Shown here piece by piece: positions 41,641 through 51,311 of a stretch of DNA of 64,000 nucleotides. Made by a program: the position numbers and the translations under genes. The notes beneath the pieces were generated by a model. It did no database searches and was not told the origin of the DNA. It saw only the letters and a list, made by a program, of their open reading frames with translations. This stretch comes from an uncultured Planctomycetota bacterium (GTDB lineage: Bacteria; Planctomycetota; Planctomycetia; Gemmatales; HRBIN36). Each line of letters begins with the position of its first letter. Positions within the stretch are counted from its first letter, which is position 1. The DNA is taken from assembly GCA_937944855.1 (NCBI GenBank), contig CALFAY010000048.1:29446-93445 (forward strand), read 5' to 3'.

Positions 41641-42432
41641 GTGATTCCCCTGGTGGACGTACATTGTCACCTGCTTGCTGGTCTGGACGACGGACCCGCT
41701 ACGCGCCAAGCCGCCCTGGAGATGTGTCGCATGGCTTACGCCGAGGGCGTCCGCTGGATCGCGGCCACGGCACATCAGAACGACCACTACCCCGACAATT
41801 CGCCGGAGCGGATTCGTTCAGCCAGCCGGATGCTTGCCGATGATCTGCGGCGGGAAGGATTGGCACTGACCGTCGTGCCCTCCGCAGAAATCGTGGTGAG
41901 GACGGATATCTGCGAAGCCTGGCAACGCCGAGAATTGCTCTCAGTTACCGACCGTGATCGTTATCTGCTCGTGGAATTGCCGCACGGTTTGTTCGTCGAG
42001 ATCGGCTTTCTCGTGCGGCAACTTCGGCATGTTGGCGTACAAGTCATCCTCGCTCACCCAGAGCGACACGAAACTCTTTTGCACACTCCCGGGTTGATCG
42101 AGGACCTGATCGCCGAAGGGTGTCTGGTGCAGGCGTCGTCGGACAGTATCACGCGTCCGCGCTCCAAGGCCGATCAGCGTGCGTTGAAGCACTGGGCCAG
42201 ACGCGGCATCATCCATCTGCTCGGCTCAGACGGCCACAACGCAACGACCCGACCGCCGCGCATGGCTGCTGCCTATGAGCAACTGGCGACCTGGGCAGGA
42301 ATGGCCTACGCCGATCGCGTGTGCAGCAGCCACAGTCTGGCCGTGCTTCAAGGAGTCCCCGTGCGAGTCAAGCCGCCCGCTAACAACCGTTCCTGGTTCG
42401 CGTGGTGGCAAACGGCATGGTCGCGGCGATGA
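41641..42432 (+). CDS. PHP-family protein-tyrosine phosphatase (CpsB/YwqE-like)
   Basis: GTG start with an 'AAGGAGAAGG' RBS. 'IPLVDVHCHLLAGLDDGP', 'TAHQN', 'ILAHPER' and 'LGSDGHN' are metal-ligand motifs of CpsB-type phosphatases. Confidence 0.85.
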   Translation: MIPLVDVHCHLLAGLDDGPATRQAALEMCRMAYAEGVRWIAATAHQNDHYPDNSPERIRSASRMLADDLRREGLALTVVPSAEIVVRTDICEAWQRRELLSVTDRDRYLLVELPHGLFVEIGFLVRQLRHVGVQVILAHPERHETLLHTPGLIEDLIAEGCLVQASSDSITRPRSKADQRALKHWARRGIIHLLGSDGHNATTRPPRMAAAYEQLATWAGMAYADRVCSSHSLAVLQGVPVRVKPPANNRSWFAWWQTAWSRR

Positions 42433-42440
42433 CTGGCCGA

Positions 42441-43763
42441 CTATGGCAGCGTCCCCGTTACCGTGCCCTGACCGTCCTCGGCATTGATAAACCGCCCAAA
42501 CAGGCTGAAGCGGAACTGGAAGCTCAGGTAACGAAGCAGAGCTTCGGTCGGCTTCTCTTGCAGGATCAGGAAATCGCCCGGCTGCACGAGAATCCGTTCG
42601 CGAGGATCGTTGAGCGCTCGGTTGAGATCGACGCGGATAGGAATCTGCTGGCCAGTGGGCAGACGGCGAATGACCGTCAACTGGCTCGGCGACGGAAAAC
42701 CCAGGCCCGACAAAAGCAGACTTCCTGTTAGGTTATTCCCTTGGATGCCGCCGCTCACTAACGGGCCGCCTACCCGAACGACGGCTTCGACAACATCGAG
42801 GTCGTAATCGCGCGGCAGGATGTGTTCTCCCGGCGGAAGCAGACCGCCGGTGTAAAACACCTCGGTATCCCGGGCACGGATGAAGACGATGTCGCCGGTG
42901 CGCAGGACGATGTCCTCAGGAGTGAAAGGCGGCTCAACGCCGGGGGGCAGCCTCAGAGGAATTCGGATGGTATGGATGCCTGGCAGGTCGAGGATCGGCT
43001 TGCGACCCGCGTCCGCCCACAGGGACATCTCCTGCTTCAACCGCTGGGAGTCGCCCTCGGCTTTGAAGTACCCGCGTTGGATGAAGATCTCGTTTTCGGC
43101 GTCGAGTCCCGGAAGGCCGCCAGTCTGGGCCAGGGCATTCAAGACGTCATTCTCGTAGGCTGGGAGATCCACGACGCTGCCGGTTCCTCGCTTGGTGTTG
43201 CCGATCAATCCCGCCTGATTGACCAGCAGCCCACCGGAATCTTCGCGAATGACCAAGACGCTGTACGTCCTTGGCCGAAGCAACGTGACGATGATGCGTT
43301 CCCGTTCCGGACGCAGAATCTGCTTCTTGACTGTGTAGGCGTGCCTGATGGCGTTTTCAGCTTCGATCAAGGTCATGCCTTGGACTTTGATCGGGTCGAC
43401 CAGGGGAACCGAAATGGTGCCGTCCTCGCGGACGGGAACCGGATAACCGATGGCTGGCGGTAAACGGCCTCGTTCGGTCAAGCTTACTGGCGGAGTCTGG
43501 TTCTGTTCTCCCAGGACGCCTTCGATCCAGACGCCCAACACGTCGCCGGGTTCGAGAATGTATTTTTCGGGCGGCTTTTGACGAAGCAGACTCAGGGGTA
43601 CAGGTTGATCGGTTTCGCGAGGACGGGCCAGAAACTGAGGCGGAAGCCGCCGCACCGGTACACCGTTGGCCACCGGATTGCTCACGGCCGCGCAGCCGCT
43701 CGACAGCAAAGCGACAACCAAGAGCACAAGCAGCGACGCAAAGTGCCCTCGAATGTCACTCAT
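42441..43763 (-). CDS. Wza-like outer-membrane polysaccharide export lipoprotein (Poly_export + SLBB domains)
   Basis: Lipobox 'LLSSGCAAV' after ATG 43763. 'YILEPGDVLGVWIEGVL' is Poly_export-like. There are repeated SLBB-like units ('LRTGDIVFI', 'VQPGDFLIL'). Confidence 0.8.
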   Translation of the reverse strand: MSDIRGHFASLLVLLVVALLSSGCAAVSNPVANGVPVRRLPPQFLARPRETDQPVPLSLLRQKPPEKYILEPGDVLGVWIEGVLGEQNQTPPVSLTERGRLPPAIGYPVPVREDGTISVPLVDPIKVQGMTLIEAENAIRHAYTVKKQILRPERERIIVTLLRPRTYSVLVIREDSGGLLVNQAGLIGNTKRGTGSVVDLPAYENDVLNALAQTGGLPGLDAENEIFIQRGYFKAEGDSQRLKQEMSLWADAGRKPILDLPGIHTIRIPLRLPPGVEPPFTPEDIVLRTGDIVFIRARDTEVFYTGGLLPPGEHILPRDYDLDVVEAVVRVGGPLVSGGIQGNNLTGSLLLSGLGFPSPSQLTVIRRLPTGQQIPIRVDLNRALNDPRERILVQPGDFLILQEKPTEALLRYLSFQFRFSLFGRFINAEDGQGTVTGTLP

Positions 43764-43797
43764 TCTCGTGAGCCGCTCCGGGTCGTGCATGCGTTGG

Positions 43798-44337
43798 TCA
43801 CTCAGGGTTATTCGGAATCTCTTTGGGCGGATTCGGTAAAGCCTCGCCATCAAGCTGCGTATCTGTTTCACGGGACTCTTGCCGCCGAGAATAGGCATTT
43901 AGATCGGAGGGCGGAATCGGCGTCGGCAGTACGATGAACTCACGGTAGCCGCTCTGGGCGGCGAGAGCAGCTCCATGACGAAACCCAGCGAACCAGTCTT
44001 GCATGGCGGCATGGCCCTGGGGAGTCTCGTAGCGAACGCCCCAGTACTTCCGAGGCGGCACCGGCGGCGGAGCTCCCGTTCCCCCGGCGTTAAGGTAATC
44101 CACAAAACCTTGGCGAAATCCCTCGGCGTAATGCACGCTGAACTCGACTCCCGGGTACTCCTGCATGACGGACTTCCATGCAGCAACCGCCAAGGTTTCG
44201 TTGCGCTTGGCTTCCAAGCATTCCAGCGTGTACCCCGCGATCGGCTCGACCAGTAGATTTCGCGCTCCTGTCAAAAGGAGACAGCCCGAGCCGGGAAACA
44301 GAGCTGCCGAAACGATCAACAACCGCCAGAGCTTCAT
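43798..44337 (-). CDS. Hypothetical lipoprotein
   Basis: 'MKLWRLLIVSAALFPGSGCLLL' is a lipobox-type signal (ATG 44337; alternative 44349 or 44424). It lies directly upstream of wza-like, co-directional. I recognise no family. Confidence 0.5.
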   Translation of the reverse strand: MKLWRLLIVSAALFPGSGCLLLTGARNLLVEPIAGYTLECLEAKRNETLAVAAWKSVMQEYPGVEFSVHYAEGFRQGFVDYLNAGGTGAPPPVPPRKYWGVRYETPQGHAAMQDWFAGFRHGAALAAQSGYREFIVLPTPIPPSDLNAYSRRQESRETDTQLDGEALPNPPKEIPNNPE

Positions 44338-44508
44338 CCCGGCCTCCATGCTCCCGACCACTGCCTCGGTGCGGTTGACCTCGATGAGTCGAAATCCGCG
44401 TATGCCCTGCGGACTGCCGATCAATCCTGTGATCGGCTTAAAACCTTGGCGAGTTGAGGGGACTTAGCGGAGAGAATCAAGCTCTATCCGGGGTTTTGCA
44501 AGATTTTT

Positions 44509-45762
44509 ATGAACTTTCCTCATCCGACAGCCGACAGCCGCACTTCGCCGGCGATGCCGGGCCGAAACGGCTTCGCTCTTCCTAAGCCGCTGCGGATCTG
44601 TCACCTGGGCAAGTTTTATCCTCCCGCACCGGGGGGGATCGAAACGCATGTGCAGACTCTGGCCCGCGCCCAAGCGGAATTAGGGGCGGCGGTCCGCGTC
44701 ATCTGCGTCAACCATCTGGACGCACATAACCGCGACGTGACCTGGCAGAGTTTTGGCAGGACGGCGATGCGGCGAGAACGAGATGCCGCCGTGGACCTGC
44801 TCCGCTGCGGCCGATGGGGCAACTTGGCCCGGTTGGACGTCTGCCCGGCACTATGGCCAGTCCTGCGTCAGCTTTCCCAGGAAAATACCGACGTGCTGCA
44901 TCTCCACACGCCCAATCCGACGATGCTCCTCGCCCTGGCCGTACTGCCCTTGCGGCTGCCGCTGGTCATTACGCATCACAGCGACATCGTTCGGCAGCGT
45001 TTCCTGGGCCGATTGATCCGGCCGTTCGAGCATCGGGTGTATTCCCAGGCCATCCGCATTCTGACGACCTCGCCCTGCTATGGCGATGGTTCCGAGCTTT
45101 TGCGGCACTACCGGGAGCGGATCGAGCCGCTACCTTTGGGAATCAACCTCGAGCCGTTTCTCCATCCTTCTGATGCGGCCCGGCACGTCGCAGATCGGTG
45201 GCGAACACGCTTGGGTTGGCCGATCTGGCTCAGCGTCGGTCGGCTGATCTACTACAAAGGCTTGTCCACGGGGCTGAAGGCTCTGCGGCACGTCCCTGGC
45301 ACCTACGTCATCGTGGGCACGGGACCCCTGAAGGCGACGCTGCAAGCCGAAGCAAAGTCGCTCGGGGTGTCGGATCGAGTCGTTTGGCTCGGGGAGCTTG
45401 CCCGGGAAGAATTGGTTGGGGCTTATCATGCGGCAACGGCCTTGTGGTTTCCCAGTGGTGCCCGCAGCGAGGGCTTCGGGCTGGTCCAGGTGGAAGCAAT
45501 GGCCAGCGGATGCCCTGTCATCAACACCGCGATCCCTCACAGCGGCGTTGCCTGGGTGAGCCGCCATGAGGAATCCGGCCTGACGGTTCCTGTCGGGAAC
45601 AGCGATGCCTTGGCCGAGGCGGCAATGAGGCTGTATCGGGACGAGGAGTTGCGCCGCCGGCTGGCCCGACAAGCTCGGCAGCGAGCCGTAGAGCATTTTA
45701 GCGCCCGCCGCATGGCCGAACACAGCCTCCGCATTTACGCCGACGTGCTGGCACGGTCATAG
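44509..45762 (+). CDS. Glycosyltransferase family 4
   Basis: 'RICHLGKFYPPAPGGIETHV' and 'SEGFGLVQVEAMASGCPVI'. The start may be downstream of 44509. Confidence 0.85.
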   Translation: MNFPHPTADSRTSPAMPGRNGFALPKPLRICHLGKFYPPAPGGIETHVQTLARAQAELGAAVRVICVNHLDAHNRDVTWQSFGRTAMRRERDAAVDLLRCGRWGNLARLDVCPALWPVLRQLSQENTDVLHLHTPNPTMLLALAVLPLRLPLVITHHSDIVRQRFLGRLIRPFEHRVYSQAIRILTTSPCYGDGSELLRHYRERIEPLPLGINLEPFLHPSDAARHVADRWRTRLGWPIWLSVGRLIYYKGLSTGLKALRHVPGTYVIVGTGPLKATLQAEAKSLGVSDRVVWLGELAREELVGAYHAATALWFPSGARSEGFGLVQVEAMASGCPVINTAIPHSGVAWVSRHEESGLTVPVGNSDALAEAAMRLYRDEELRRRLARQARQRAVEHFSARRMAEHSLRIYADVLARS

Positions 45763-45771
45763 GTAGAAGGT

Positions 45772-46650
45772 GTGTCGTCGCCGGGCGTGCAGTCATTCCA
45801 GACGCCATTGAAGCGCCTAGCTCGATCGCTGTTGCCCCGCCGCGTGCGGAACTGGCTGCGCTCCCCGAGAGCCAGCCTCCGCTTCGTTTGGGAGGAAATC
45901 AGCTATCGCCTAGGAAATGTGCGGACGGTCGAACTACGACCCGGCTGGACTATCCGATGTCATCCGCTGGCCTGGCGCTGTGCCTATTCCCCATTTGTCA
46001 CGGACCCCGAGCAGGCCGAGGAATTGGATTGCTTTGTCCACCATTGCCAGCCAGGCATGGTGCTGTTCGACGTCGGTGCTCATTTCGGCGTGTTCAGCCT
46101 GGCGGCCTTGCACTATGGGGGTAAAGCGGCCCGCGTGGTTGCAGCGGACCCCTCAGCATTGGCAGCCCACATGCTGCGGATCATGATGGCTCTCAACGGG
46201 GCGTCAGATCGCTGCACTGTGGAACAAAAGGCCGTCAGCGATCATGTCGGACAAGGACGAGTTGTTGAGGTAGGGGTCATCGCGGCGGGCTATGCGGTTC
46301 CGCCCGAACCATCGCATTCCTTGGCGGAGACGACTGCGGTTCCCACGCTTACTTTGGATGCCCTCGCGGAACGTCATGGCCTGATCCCCACGCACCTGAA
46401 AATTGACGTGGAAGGCTACGAACGGGCCGTCCTGCAAGGGGGCAGGCAACTCCTGGATCGTCACGGTTCGATGGTGTTCTTGGAACTCCACAATACTTTG
46501 ATGCGGAAGAGGGGCGAGGAACCCCGAGCGACTTTGCAAATGCTTCAGAATCTCGGATACCGGTTCTTTAACTCCAGACAGCATCCGATTACCCCAGACG
46601 ACTTGCTGGCTGTCCCGCTGGTGCGTTTCGTGGCCCAGCGAACTTCATGA
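45772..46650 (+). CDS. FkbM-family SAM-dependent methyltransferase
   Basis: 'VLFDVGAHFGVFSL' (SAM-binding), 'HLKIDVEGYERAVLQG' and 'VFLELH' are FkbM signatures. GTG start. Confidence 0.8.
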   Translation: MSSPGVQSFQTPLKRLARSLLPRRVRNWLRSPRASLRFVWEEISYRLGNVRTVELRPGWTIRCHPLAWRCAYSPFVTDPEQAEELDCFVHHCQPGMVLFDVGAHFGVFSLAALHYGGKAARVVAADPSALAAHMLRIMMALNGASDRCTVEQKAVSDHVGQGRVVEVGVIAAGYAVPPEPSHSLAETTAVPTLTLDALAERHGLIPTHLKIDVEGYERAVLQGGRQLLDRHGSMVFLELHNTLMRKRGEEPRATLQMLQNLGYRFFNSRQHPITPDDLLAVPLVRFVAQRTS

Positions 46651-47807
46651 ATAAAGCATCGACCGTGTCGGTACGAGTGCTCCATCTGGGCGTCGGCAAT
46701 CTGTACGGCGGCATCGAGAGCATGCTGACGACGCTGGCCCGAAGCGGCCACCTCTGCCCCGAATTGCATCAGGAGTTCGCCCTATGCTTTCCGGGTCAGC
46801 TTCGTGACAATCTTGTGGCAGCCAGCGTGCCGGTACACGATCTCGGCCCGGTACGGTTCAGCCGGCCGTGGCAAATCTGGCGGGCCAGGCAGCGGCTTCG
46901 CAGGGTCCTGAAGGAGATTCGACCAGATGTCGTGGTCGCCCACGGATGCTGGGTCTATGCCTTGAGTGCCCCAACAGCGCGGCGATGCCAAATGCCGGTC
47001 ATCCTGTTTGCCCACAGTCCGCCAAGTACGGAGAATTGGCCGGATCGCTTGGCACGCCGCATCCGGCCAGACGCTTGCATTGCCAACAGCGCCTTTACGG
47101 CTCGTGCTGTTCGGGAGTGGTTCCCCGCCGTGCCATGCTTCACGGTGCATTGCCCGGTTCCTCCTGCGACCGTGCCCGACAGCCCTGCCGAACGGCAAAA
47201 GGTGCGAGCGGAATTGCAAACTCCGCTGGATGCCGTCGTGATCCTCTTCGCCGCCCGGATGGAACCGGGAAAAGGGCCGGATGTGCTTGTTCAAGCGCTT
47301 GCTCTGCTCAAAAACAGGAAGAATTGGGTGTGCTGGCTCGCAGGCAGTTTCGGGATCGCTGGAGGACAAGAATACCTGTCGGATCTACGAAATATGGCGG
47401 CTGACTTAGGGATAGCGGAGCGTCTGCGTTGGCTGGGACTTCGCACCGACGTTCCACGCCTGCTTCTCGGAGCCGATGTGCTCTGTCAGCCGAATCGTGT
47501 TCCGGAGTCCTTCGGAATCGTGTTTGTCGAGGCCCTGTCGGCAGGGCTGCCTGTCGTGAGCTCTGCTTTGGGCGGGGCGTTGGAAATCGTGGATGACTCA
47601 TGCGGCCGGCTGGTTTCGCCGGAGAATGCGCCGGCGTTGGCGGACACTTTGCGGGAACTGATCAAAAACGCCCCACTGCGTCGCCGACTCGGGGCGAACG
47701 GTCCGGCCCGTGCCGAAGCGCTGTGCGATCCGCAGCGACAAATCCAGCGACTTCACGATGCTGTCAAGGAAAGTGTCGTGAACTCGTTGTCAGGAACGGT
47801 GCGATGA
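46647..47807 (+). CDS. Glycosyltransferase family 4
   Basis: ATGA overlap with the upstream gene. 'VLHLGVGNLYGGIESML' and 'PESFGIVFVEALSAGLPVV'. Confidence 0.85.
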   Translation: MNKASTVSVRVLHLGVGNLYGGIESMLTTLARSGHLCPELHQEFALCFPGQLRDNLVAASVPVHDLGPVRFSRPWQIWRARQRLRRVLKEIRPDVVVAHGCWVYALSAPTARRCQMPVILFAHSPPSTENWPDRLARRIRPDACIANSAFTARAVREWFPAVPCFTVHCPVPPATVPDSPAERQKVRAELQTPLDAVVILFAARMEPGKGPDVLVQALALLKNRKNWVCWLAGSFGIAGGQEYLSDLRNMAADLGIAERLRWLGLRTDVPRLLLGADVLCQPNRVPESFGIVFVEALSAGLPVVSSALGGALEIVDDSCGRLVSPENAPALADTLRELIKNAPLRRRLGANGPARAEALCDPQRQIQRLHDAVKESVVNSLSGTVR

Positions 47808-49192
47808 TCGGGCTGCTGCTGTCGGTCATGGCTTTTGTCGTCGCGTTTGTTGCCGGCCGGATCGGCCTGGGACTGGGGATGTTCGCTGTTGCCACGGTTG
47901 GCTACTTTTACGGCATTCTGCGAGCCAACTACTACGACGGCTTCTCGCATTTCCTCTTCGATGCCGCATGCTTCGGTTTGTATCTGGCCCAGGCCGAGAC
48001 GATGTTGACCCTGTTGCGCCGCCGAGCCGGACATCCGCTCGTCATCGGATTCAAGGTCTTGTTTATTTGGCCGTTCTGCGTGCTGGCACTGTTGTTCCTG
48101 TTCCCGCAATCGGCGCTGATCCAATTCGTCGGTTTGCGCGCGGCAGTGTGGTTTCTGCCGTTCCTGTTGTTGGGGGGTGCGGCCACGGAACACGACTTGA
48201 ACACGTTGGCCCGGGGTCTGGCGCTCTTGAATCTGGCCGCCCTGGCGTTCGCGCTGGCCGAGTATCACTGCGGCGTCGAACGGTTCTTCCCGAAGAATCC
48301 GACCACCGAACTGATCTACAAATCGCGCGACGTGGCAGGGTTTACGGCTTATCGCATACCGGCGACGTTTTCCAGTGCAGCCGCCTATGGCGGAACGATG
48401 GTCGCCAGCCTGCCGTGGTTGTTTGGCCGATGGGTCCAACGCTCAACACCGTTGTTGGAGAAGGGCCTGATGCTGGCGAGCATGGCGGCAGCGGCCCTGG
48501 GAGTGTTTCTTTGCGGTGCCCGCAGTCCCGTGATCCTCATGTTTCTCCTGGTCAGCTACATGGTACTCCAACTTCGGTCGCAACTGCCGGCGCTGCTGTT
48601 GGTCCTGGTGACCGGCGGGGCCATCGCCTATGTGGTCAGCAGTGACGAACGCATGCAACGTTTCACCACGCTGGAGGACACGGAACGCGTCGTCCGCCGT
48701 ATCCACGGCAGCGCCAACGTCGGCATCCTCGAAGTGGTGGTCAGCTATCCGCTGGGCAATGGCCTCGGCGGAGCGACAGGGACCAGCATCCCGGCTTTCC
48801 TCATGGATGGACAGTCTAAGTTCAAGCAGATCGGGGGAGAGAATGAATACTGCCGCATCGCCTTGGAACTGGGATTGATCGGGTTGTTCTTCTGGATCGG
48901 TTTTCTCGTCTCGATCCTGACCCGCAAAGCCTGTGGTCCGAGTCCGGCATGGGATACCGGCGCTCGCATCTTGTGGCTGTATTCAGCCATAAGCTGGGGC
49001 ACCGCGCTGATTGGCACTGGAACCTTGACCTCGATTCCAAGCACCTCGATCCTTTTACTTGGCATGGGAGTCTTCAGCGCTCCTTACCGGGCTGCTGTTA
49101 AGAGGACAGTCCCCAGAGACGTAATGGGCTTTCCCCAGGTCGCTACTCTCCCGCCAACGGCCCGGCACTTGGAAAAGGCTTCGGTCCCATGA
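47804..49192 (+). CDS. O-antigen polymerase/ligase-like (Wzy_C family) polytopic membrane protein
   Basis: ATG 47804 overlaps the previous stop (ATGA). About 10-12 TM helices with a large loop. 'CGARSPVILMFLLVSYMVL' is a Wzy_C-like block. The track start 47600 lies inside the previous gene. Confidence 0.7.
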   Translation: MIGLLLSVMAFVVAFVAGRIGLGLGMFAVATVGYFYGILRANYYDGFSHFLFDAACFGLYLAQAETMLTLLRRRAGHPLVIGFKVLFIWPFCVLALLFLFPQSALIQFVGLRAAVWFLPFLLLGGAATEHDLNTLARGLALLNLAALAFALAEYHCGVERFFPKNPTTELIYKSRDVAGFTAYRIPATFSSAAAYGGTMVASLPWLFGRWVQRSTPLLEKGLMLASMAAAALGVFLCGARSPVILMFLLVSYMVLQLRSQLPALLLVLVTGGAIAYVVSSDERMQRFTTLEDTERVVRRIHGSANVGILEVVVSYPLGNGLGGATGTSIPAFLMDGQSKFKQIGGENEYCRIALELGLIGLFFWIGFLVSILTRKACGPSPAWDTGARILWLYSAISWGTALIGTGTLTSIPSTSILLLGMGVFSAPYRAAVKRTVPRDVMGFPQVATLPPTARHLEKASVP

Positions 49193-50364
49193 CGCCTGAT
49201 TGGCTGATCGTGGCGGGGGACTATCACCAGCACGGCGGCATGGACCGAGCCAACTACGAGCTGGCCTGGCACCTGGCCGACCGGCTCGGCAAGCGACTGT
49301 TGCTGATAGGCTTCAGCGTGGCCGAACCATTGGCCAGTCATCCGCTGGTGAAGTGTGTCGTGGTAAAGCGACCGCTCGGCAGTACCGCTTTGGGCTTGCT
49401 GCGTTTGCGACAACTAGCCCAACCGAATGTAGATCGACTCGCTGCCGAATCTCCGAAGACGCGAATCGTTGTTAACGGCGGTAACTGCCGTGGACCGGAT
49501 GTCAACTGGGTCCACATGGTCCACCATGCCTTCAAGCCCTGCGATAACCGAACGCCGGTGGCTTTCCGGCTCCGGAACCGCCTTCATCACTGGCGAAGCA
49601 AGAGGGACGAGAAACGCAACCTCGGCGCAGCTCGCCTGATCATCGCCAACTCGCATAAGACCCGGAGAAACTTGATCCAGTACCTCGGCGTGGCCGAGCA
49701 ACGCGTGCAAGTCGTCTATCTTGGGTCCGACCCAGTAGCCCACGCACCGATGACTGCGGATGAGCGTAGGACAGGCCGGCAGAGGTTTGAAGTCCCGCAG
49801 CAAACCTTGGTGGTCGGTTTCATCGGAGCTTTAGGTCTGGATCGCAATAAGGGCTTCGATGTACTTTTGGCGGCAGCGCGCCTCCTTGCTGTTGAAGGCG
49901 TGCCCTTGACCATCCTCGCGGCAGGCAGCGGCAACCTGCCCTACTGGCAGCGTCAGGCCGAGGCGGTGGGACTGGGTGCCTCCGTCCGCCTGTGCGGTCA
50001 CCTGACGGACATGCGGTCATTCCTGGCAGCCTGTGATGTGGTGGTCAGCCCGACCCGCCACGACGCCTACGGGTTGGCGGTCCATGAAGCGATCTGCTGC
50101 GAGGTGCCGGTCCTGGTATCGAGTCAGGCTGGCGTGGCCGAACGCTTTCCCGACAGCTTGCGTTGTTGCATACTGCCTGACCCCAACGATGCCGCCGAAC
50201 TGGTCCGTCGCTTCCGGTATTGGCAAGCTCATCGCCAGGCCCTTCAGACCGAATTCGCCCGCTTGGGCGCACAACTTCGAAAACAAACCTGGAGCCGCAT
50301 GGCCTCAGAATTTGTCCAACTGGCCGAGGAAGTCGCCGACACTCCACGACCCTCGCCAATATGA
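49189..50364 (+). CDS. Glycosyltransferase family 4
   Basis: ATGA overlap. 'GGMDRANYELAWHLA' and 'HDAYGLAVHEAICCEVPVLVS'. Confidence 0.85.
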   Translation: MTPDWLIVAGDYHQHGGMDRANYELAWHLADRLGKRLLLIGFSVAEPLASHPLVKCVVVKRPLGSTALGLLRLRQLAQPNVDRLAAESPKTRIVVNGGNCRGPDVNWVHMVHHAFKPCDNRTPVAFRLRNRLHHWRSKRDEKRNLGAARLIIANSHKTRRNLIQYLGVAEQRVQVVYLGSDPVAHAPMTADERRTGRQRFEVPQQTLVVGFIGALGLDRNKGFDVLLAAARLLAVEGVPLTILAAGSGNLPYWQRQAEAVGLGASVRLCGHLTDMRSFLAACDVVVSPTRHDAYGLAVHEAICCEVPVLVSSQAGVAERFPDSLRCCILPDPNDAAELVRRFRYWQAHRQALQTEFARLGAQLRKQTWSRMASEFVQLAEEVADTPRPSPI

Positions 50365-50389
50365 AGCCGTTGTTCAGAGATCCAACGCC

Positions 50390-51310
50390 ATGAGTGTCGT
50401 TCTCGGAAAACAAGAAGAGGCCCTCCCGCCGATTCTGCCCGCAGCGGAATCGCTTCCCGCTCCCAAAGAAACCACAACCAAGCCCGTAACCGTCATCCGG
50501 CCCCGCAACGCCTGGGTACCGCTCGACCTGTGGGAAATCTGGCGGTTCCGGGAGTTGTGGCTGTTCCTGACGTGGCGGGACATCAAGGTCCGTTATCGGC
50601 AAACAGTCTTGGGCGTGCTTTGGGCGGTGATTCAGCCGCTGTTTGCCGTGTTGATCTTCACGCTGTTTTTCGGTCGGTTAGCCGGCATGCCCTCGGACGG
50701 CATACCGTATCCGCTCTTCGCCTATGCCGGTCTGTTGCCGTGGCTGTTTTTCGCCAACGCCGTGACGCAGGGCAGCAACAGCCTGGTCAACAGTGCCCAC
50801 CTCATCACGAAAGTCTATTTCCCCCGGTTGCTCATCCCGGCGTCGGCGGTGGGCGCGGCGGCCGTGGACTTTTGCATCGCATTCACTCTCCTGCTGGTCC
50901 TGTATTTCTGGCATGCCTGGCGGGGCCTCATCGCGTTTCCCGGCTTGAATATGCTTCTCGTCGTGCCGCTGATGGTGCTGTTGGCCCTGTTGGCTCTGGG
51001 GGTCGGCCTGTGGATGTCGGCCCTCAACGTTCGTTACCGCGACATCCGCCATGCCATTCCATTTCTGATCCAAATCTGGATGTTCGCCACGCCGATCATC
51101 TATCCGGCCAGTTTGGTGCCGGAGCGTTACCGCTGGATCCTGGCCATCAATCCGTTGGCAGGGATCATCGAGGCGTTTCGGGCCGTCTGTTTCGGCCTGC
51201 CGATGGACTGGTTGAGCCTGGCGATCTCGGTGGTGGTTTCGGGGGCCATCCTGATCGTAGCTGCCTACGGTTTCCGTCGCATGGAGAAGGGTTTTGCGGA
51301 CGTGATTTGA
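50390..51310 (+). CDS. ABC-2-type polysaccharide export permease (Wzm/TagG-like)
   Basis: ATG 50390 (MSVVLGKQ). 'RDIKVRYRQTVLGVLWAVIQPL' and 'KVYFPRLLIP' are typical Wzm motifs. Six TMs. Confidence 0.85.
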   Translation: MSVVLGKQEEALPPILPAAESLPAPKETTTKPVTVIRPRNAWVPLDLWEIWRFRELWLFLTWRDIKVRYRQTVLGVLWAVIQPLFAVLIFTLFFGRLAGMPSDGIPYPLFAYAGLLPWLFFANAVTQGSNSLVNSAHLITKVYFPRLLIPASAVGAAAVDFCIAFTLLLVLYFWHAWRGLIAFPGLNMLLVVPLMVLLALLALGVGLWMSALNVRYRDIRHAIPFLIQIWMFATPIIYPASLVPERYRWILAINPLAGIIEAFRAVCFGLPMDWLSLAISVVVSGAILIVAAYGFRRMEKGFADVI

Positions 51311-51311
51311 C

